The position numbers and the translations under genes are program-made. From NCBI GenBank assembly GCA_045561295.1, contig JBJKYD010000008.1, positions 1-49,644 on the forward strand: DNA of 49,644 nt, in the 5' to 3' direction. Positions 48,070 to 49,644 of the stretch are shown here, piece after piece. Each line of letters starts with the position of its first letter. The first letter of the stretch is position 1. The notes beneath the pieces were generated by a model, which had not been told where the DNA came from, did not search any database, and was given only the letters and a program-made list of their open reading frames with translations. The DNA is from Gammaproteobacteria bacterium (GTDB taxonomy: Bacteria; Pseudomonadota; Gammaproteobacteria; GCA-002705445; GCA-002716945).

Positions 48070-48279
48070 ATGGCAACTACACCAAAAACAATGTGTACAA
48101 ACATTGGCGGTATGGAGAGAATGATTAGGGTAGTAGCTGGTATAGCTATACTTTATATGGGACCTGGCCTTGGACTAGGCATGTGGTCTCTAATAGGTAT
48201 TATACCTATACTTACTGGCTCAACTGGATGGTGTCCTTTGTATATACCATTTGGAATAAGCACATACAAAAGCCAATAG
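48070..48279 (+). CDS. DUF2892 (YgaP-like) small membrane protein
   Basis: NIGGMERMIRVVAG...GWCPLYIPFGIST; SD AGGAG. Confidence 0.88.
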   Translation: MATTPKTMCTNIGGMERMIRVVAGIAILYMGPGLGLGMWSLIGIIPILTGSTGWCPLYIPFGISTYKSQ

Positions 48280-48289
48280 TAAATATCTT

Positions 48290-48320
48290 TAGCAGGCGTG
48301 CTTTTAAAGTACGCCTGTTA
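48290..48320 (+). other. Stem-loop (possible terminator or translation-initiation-blocking hairpin)
   Basis: TAGCAGGCGTGCTT / AAGTACGCCTGTTA form a 14-bp stem with two G-U pairs; no clear U-tract. Confidence 0.5.
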
Positions 48321-48961
48321 TGAGTTCAATAAAAAATTCAATACCTACTTATTGGTCTTCAGGCATAGAGCACTTGTCAAGAGTTGATCCAATATTATCC
48401 AATATTATAAAAAAACATAAAAAAAAAGACTCATATCTGAAATGTACAAACACTATATTTAAAACTTTTTTTAGCATAATATTAGGTCAACAAATTTCAA
48501 TAGAGGCTGCAAATTCAATAGAAAGAAGAATCAAGTCTCAAATCAAAAGGATAACACCTAATAATGTGCTCAATACAAGCGATAATAATTTCCGTTCAAT
48601 GGGGCTATCATTTAGAAAGACTCAATATATAAAAGGAGTAGCTAGTCTAATCGTAAGAAACAGAAACTTTTTTTCTAGTTTATCAAAGATGAATGATGAT
48701 GATGCCATAGCAGCATTGTCAACTCTATATGGCATCGGACCTTGGTCCGCAGAAATGTTTTTAATATTTCAATATAACCGGCAGAATATTTTGCCGCTTG
48801 GAGATATAGGCTTAATAAATAGTTTTTGTAATAACTATAAAATCAATAAAAAAAATTTTTTAAAAATAATACCTCGCTATAAAAAAATTTGGGAACCATA
48901 CTGTACTGTAGCTACTTGGTATTTATGGAGAGATATAGATGAAGATATTGTACAATACTGA
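48320..48961 (+). CDS. alkA: DNA-3-methyladenine glycosylase II (HhH-GPD, AlkA-like, short form)
   Basis: ILGQQIS, GLSFRK, GIGPWSAEM, LPLGD, WEPY...ATWYLW. Confidence 0.9.
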   Translation: MSSIKNSIPTYWSSGIEHLSRVDPILSNIIKKHKKKDSYLKCTNTIFKTFFSIILGQQISIEAANSIERRIKSQIKRITPNNVLNTSDNNFRSMGLSFRKTQYIKGVASLIVRNRNFFSSLSKMNDDDAIAALSTLYGIGPWSAEMFLIFQYNRQNILPLGDIGLINSFCNNYKINKKNFLKIIPRYKKIWEPYCTVATWYLWRDIDEDIVQY

Positions 48962-48981
48962 AAACATAACTACTAAATAAA

Positions 48982-49644
48982 ATGAAAATTTTGATAATAG
49001 GAGGCGCAGGATTTATAGGTTCCCACCTCTGTGAAGCATATATTCAAAAACATGATGTTACCTCCATTGATAACTATATTTCTGGTAAAAAAGACAATCA
49101 TATAAAAGGTGTGGAGTATCTTCAGATGGATGCAAAAGACATATTATCCTTAAATGATGACTTTGACCTTATATTTCACCTAGGCGAATATTCAAGAGTA
49201 GAAAAGTCTCTTGAAAGAATTGATTTTGTTCTTCAAAATAATAGCCTGCCTATTCTTAATATACTAAAATTTGCGAAACGCTCTAAAGCTAAACTTATCT
49301 ATGCAGGCAGTAGCACTAAATTTGCGGATAATGGCAAAAATAAATTTAAGAGCCCATACTCTTTTTCTAAATGGCAGAATTCTGAATTGGTAAAGTTTTA
49401 TTGTGAACTCTGTGATATCTCATATGCCATTACTTATTTTTATAATGTCTATGGAGGAAGAGAAAATTCAGATGGTGAGTATGCAACTGTAGTTGCAAAG
49501 TTTCTTAATAGATACCGCATGAATAAAAAGTTACATGTAACAAAACCTGGTACACAAACTAGAAACTTTACATACATAGATGACACTATAAATGCATTAA
49601 AAATCATTGCAGAAAACGGCGCCGGAGACGAATATGGTATTGCT
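48982..49644 (+). CDS. NAD-dependent epimerase/dehydratase (extended SDR); runs off the 3' end of the window
   Basis: MKILIIGGAGFIGSHL, YAGSS, YSFSK (YxxxK), YNVYG, TRNFTYIDD; no stop within the window. Confidence 0.92.
   Translation, partial: MKILIIGGAGFIGSHLCEAYIQKHDVTSIDNYISGKKDNHIKGVEYLQMDAKDILSLNDDFDLIFHLGEYSRVEKSLERIDFVLQNNSLPILNILKFAKRSKAKLIYAGSSTKFADNGKNKFKSPYSFSKWQNSELVKFYCELCDISYAITYFYNVYGGRENSDGEYATVVAKFLNRYRMNKKLHVTKPGTQTRNFTYIDDTINALKIIAENGAGDEYGIA

Overview
AT-rich, very densely packed chromosomal segment of a genome-streamlined bacterium. Gene content and order look gammaproteobacterial, possibly marine (inference). Most of it is housekeeping: smc(part)-ligA, dapD-mltF-rne, rluC-sppA-nnr-tsaE-miaA-hflKC-DUF2065-hisZ-purA-rlmB, rpsF-rpsR-rplI-dnaB, fdxA, tRNA-Asn, typA, an aminotransferase, uvrB, tRNA-Val-thrS-infC-rpmI-rplT-pheST-ihfA-merR, prfB-lysS, purB, fumC, acnA, hflD-mnmA, aceA-icd, infA, iscR-iscU, alkA and an epimerase (part). 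I saw no CRISPR array, IS element or prophage. The most notable items are: (1) an unannotated, translationally coupled three-gene module between fumC and acnA, comprising a MotA/TolQ/ExbB-type channel, an Asp-in-TM partner with a DUF2135-like domain and a membrane protein, which looks like an orphan ion-driven motor; (2) a phage/MGME1-type PD-(D/E)XK exonuclease coupled to prfB where recJ often lies; (3) a non-canonical prfB +1 frameshift site (GTT-TGAC rather than CTT-TGAC); (4) a cysteine-free IscR with IscR-like boxes upstream and no iscS; (5) an alphaproteobacterial-looking typA beside tRNA-Asn; (6) an isocitrate dehydrogenase with an atypical coenzyme motif; (7) PheT lacking the B2 domain. 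Single-base frameshifts in miaA, hflK and a small ORF are probably sequencing errors. All family calls come from motif recognition by eye; no database searches were run.
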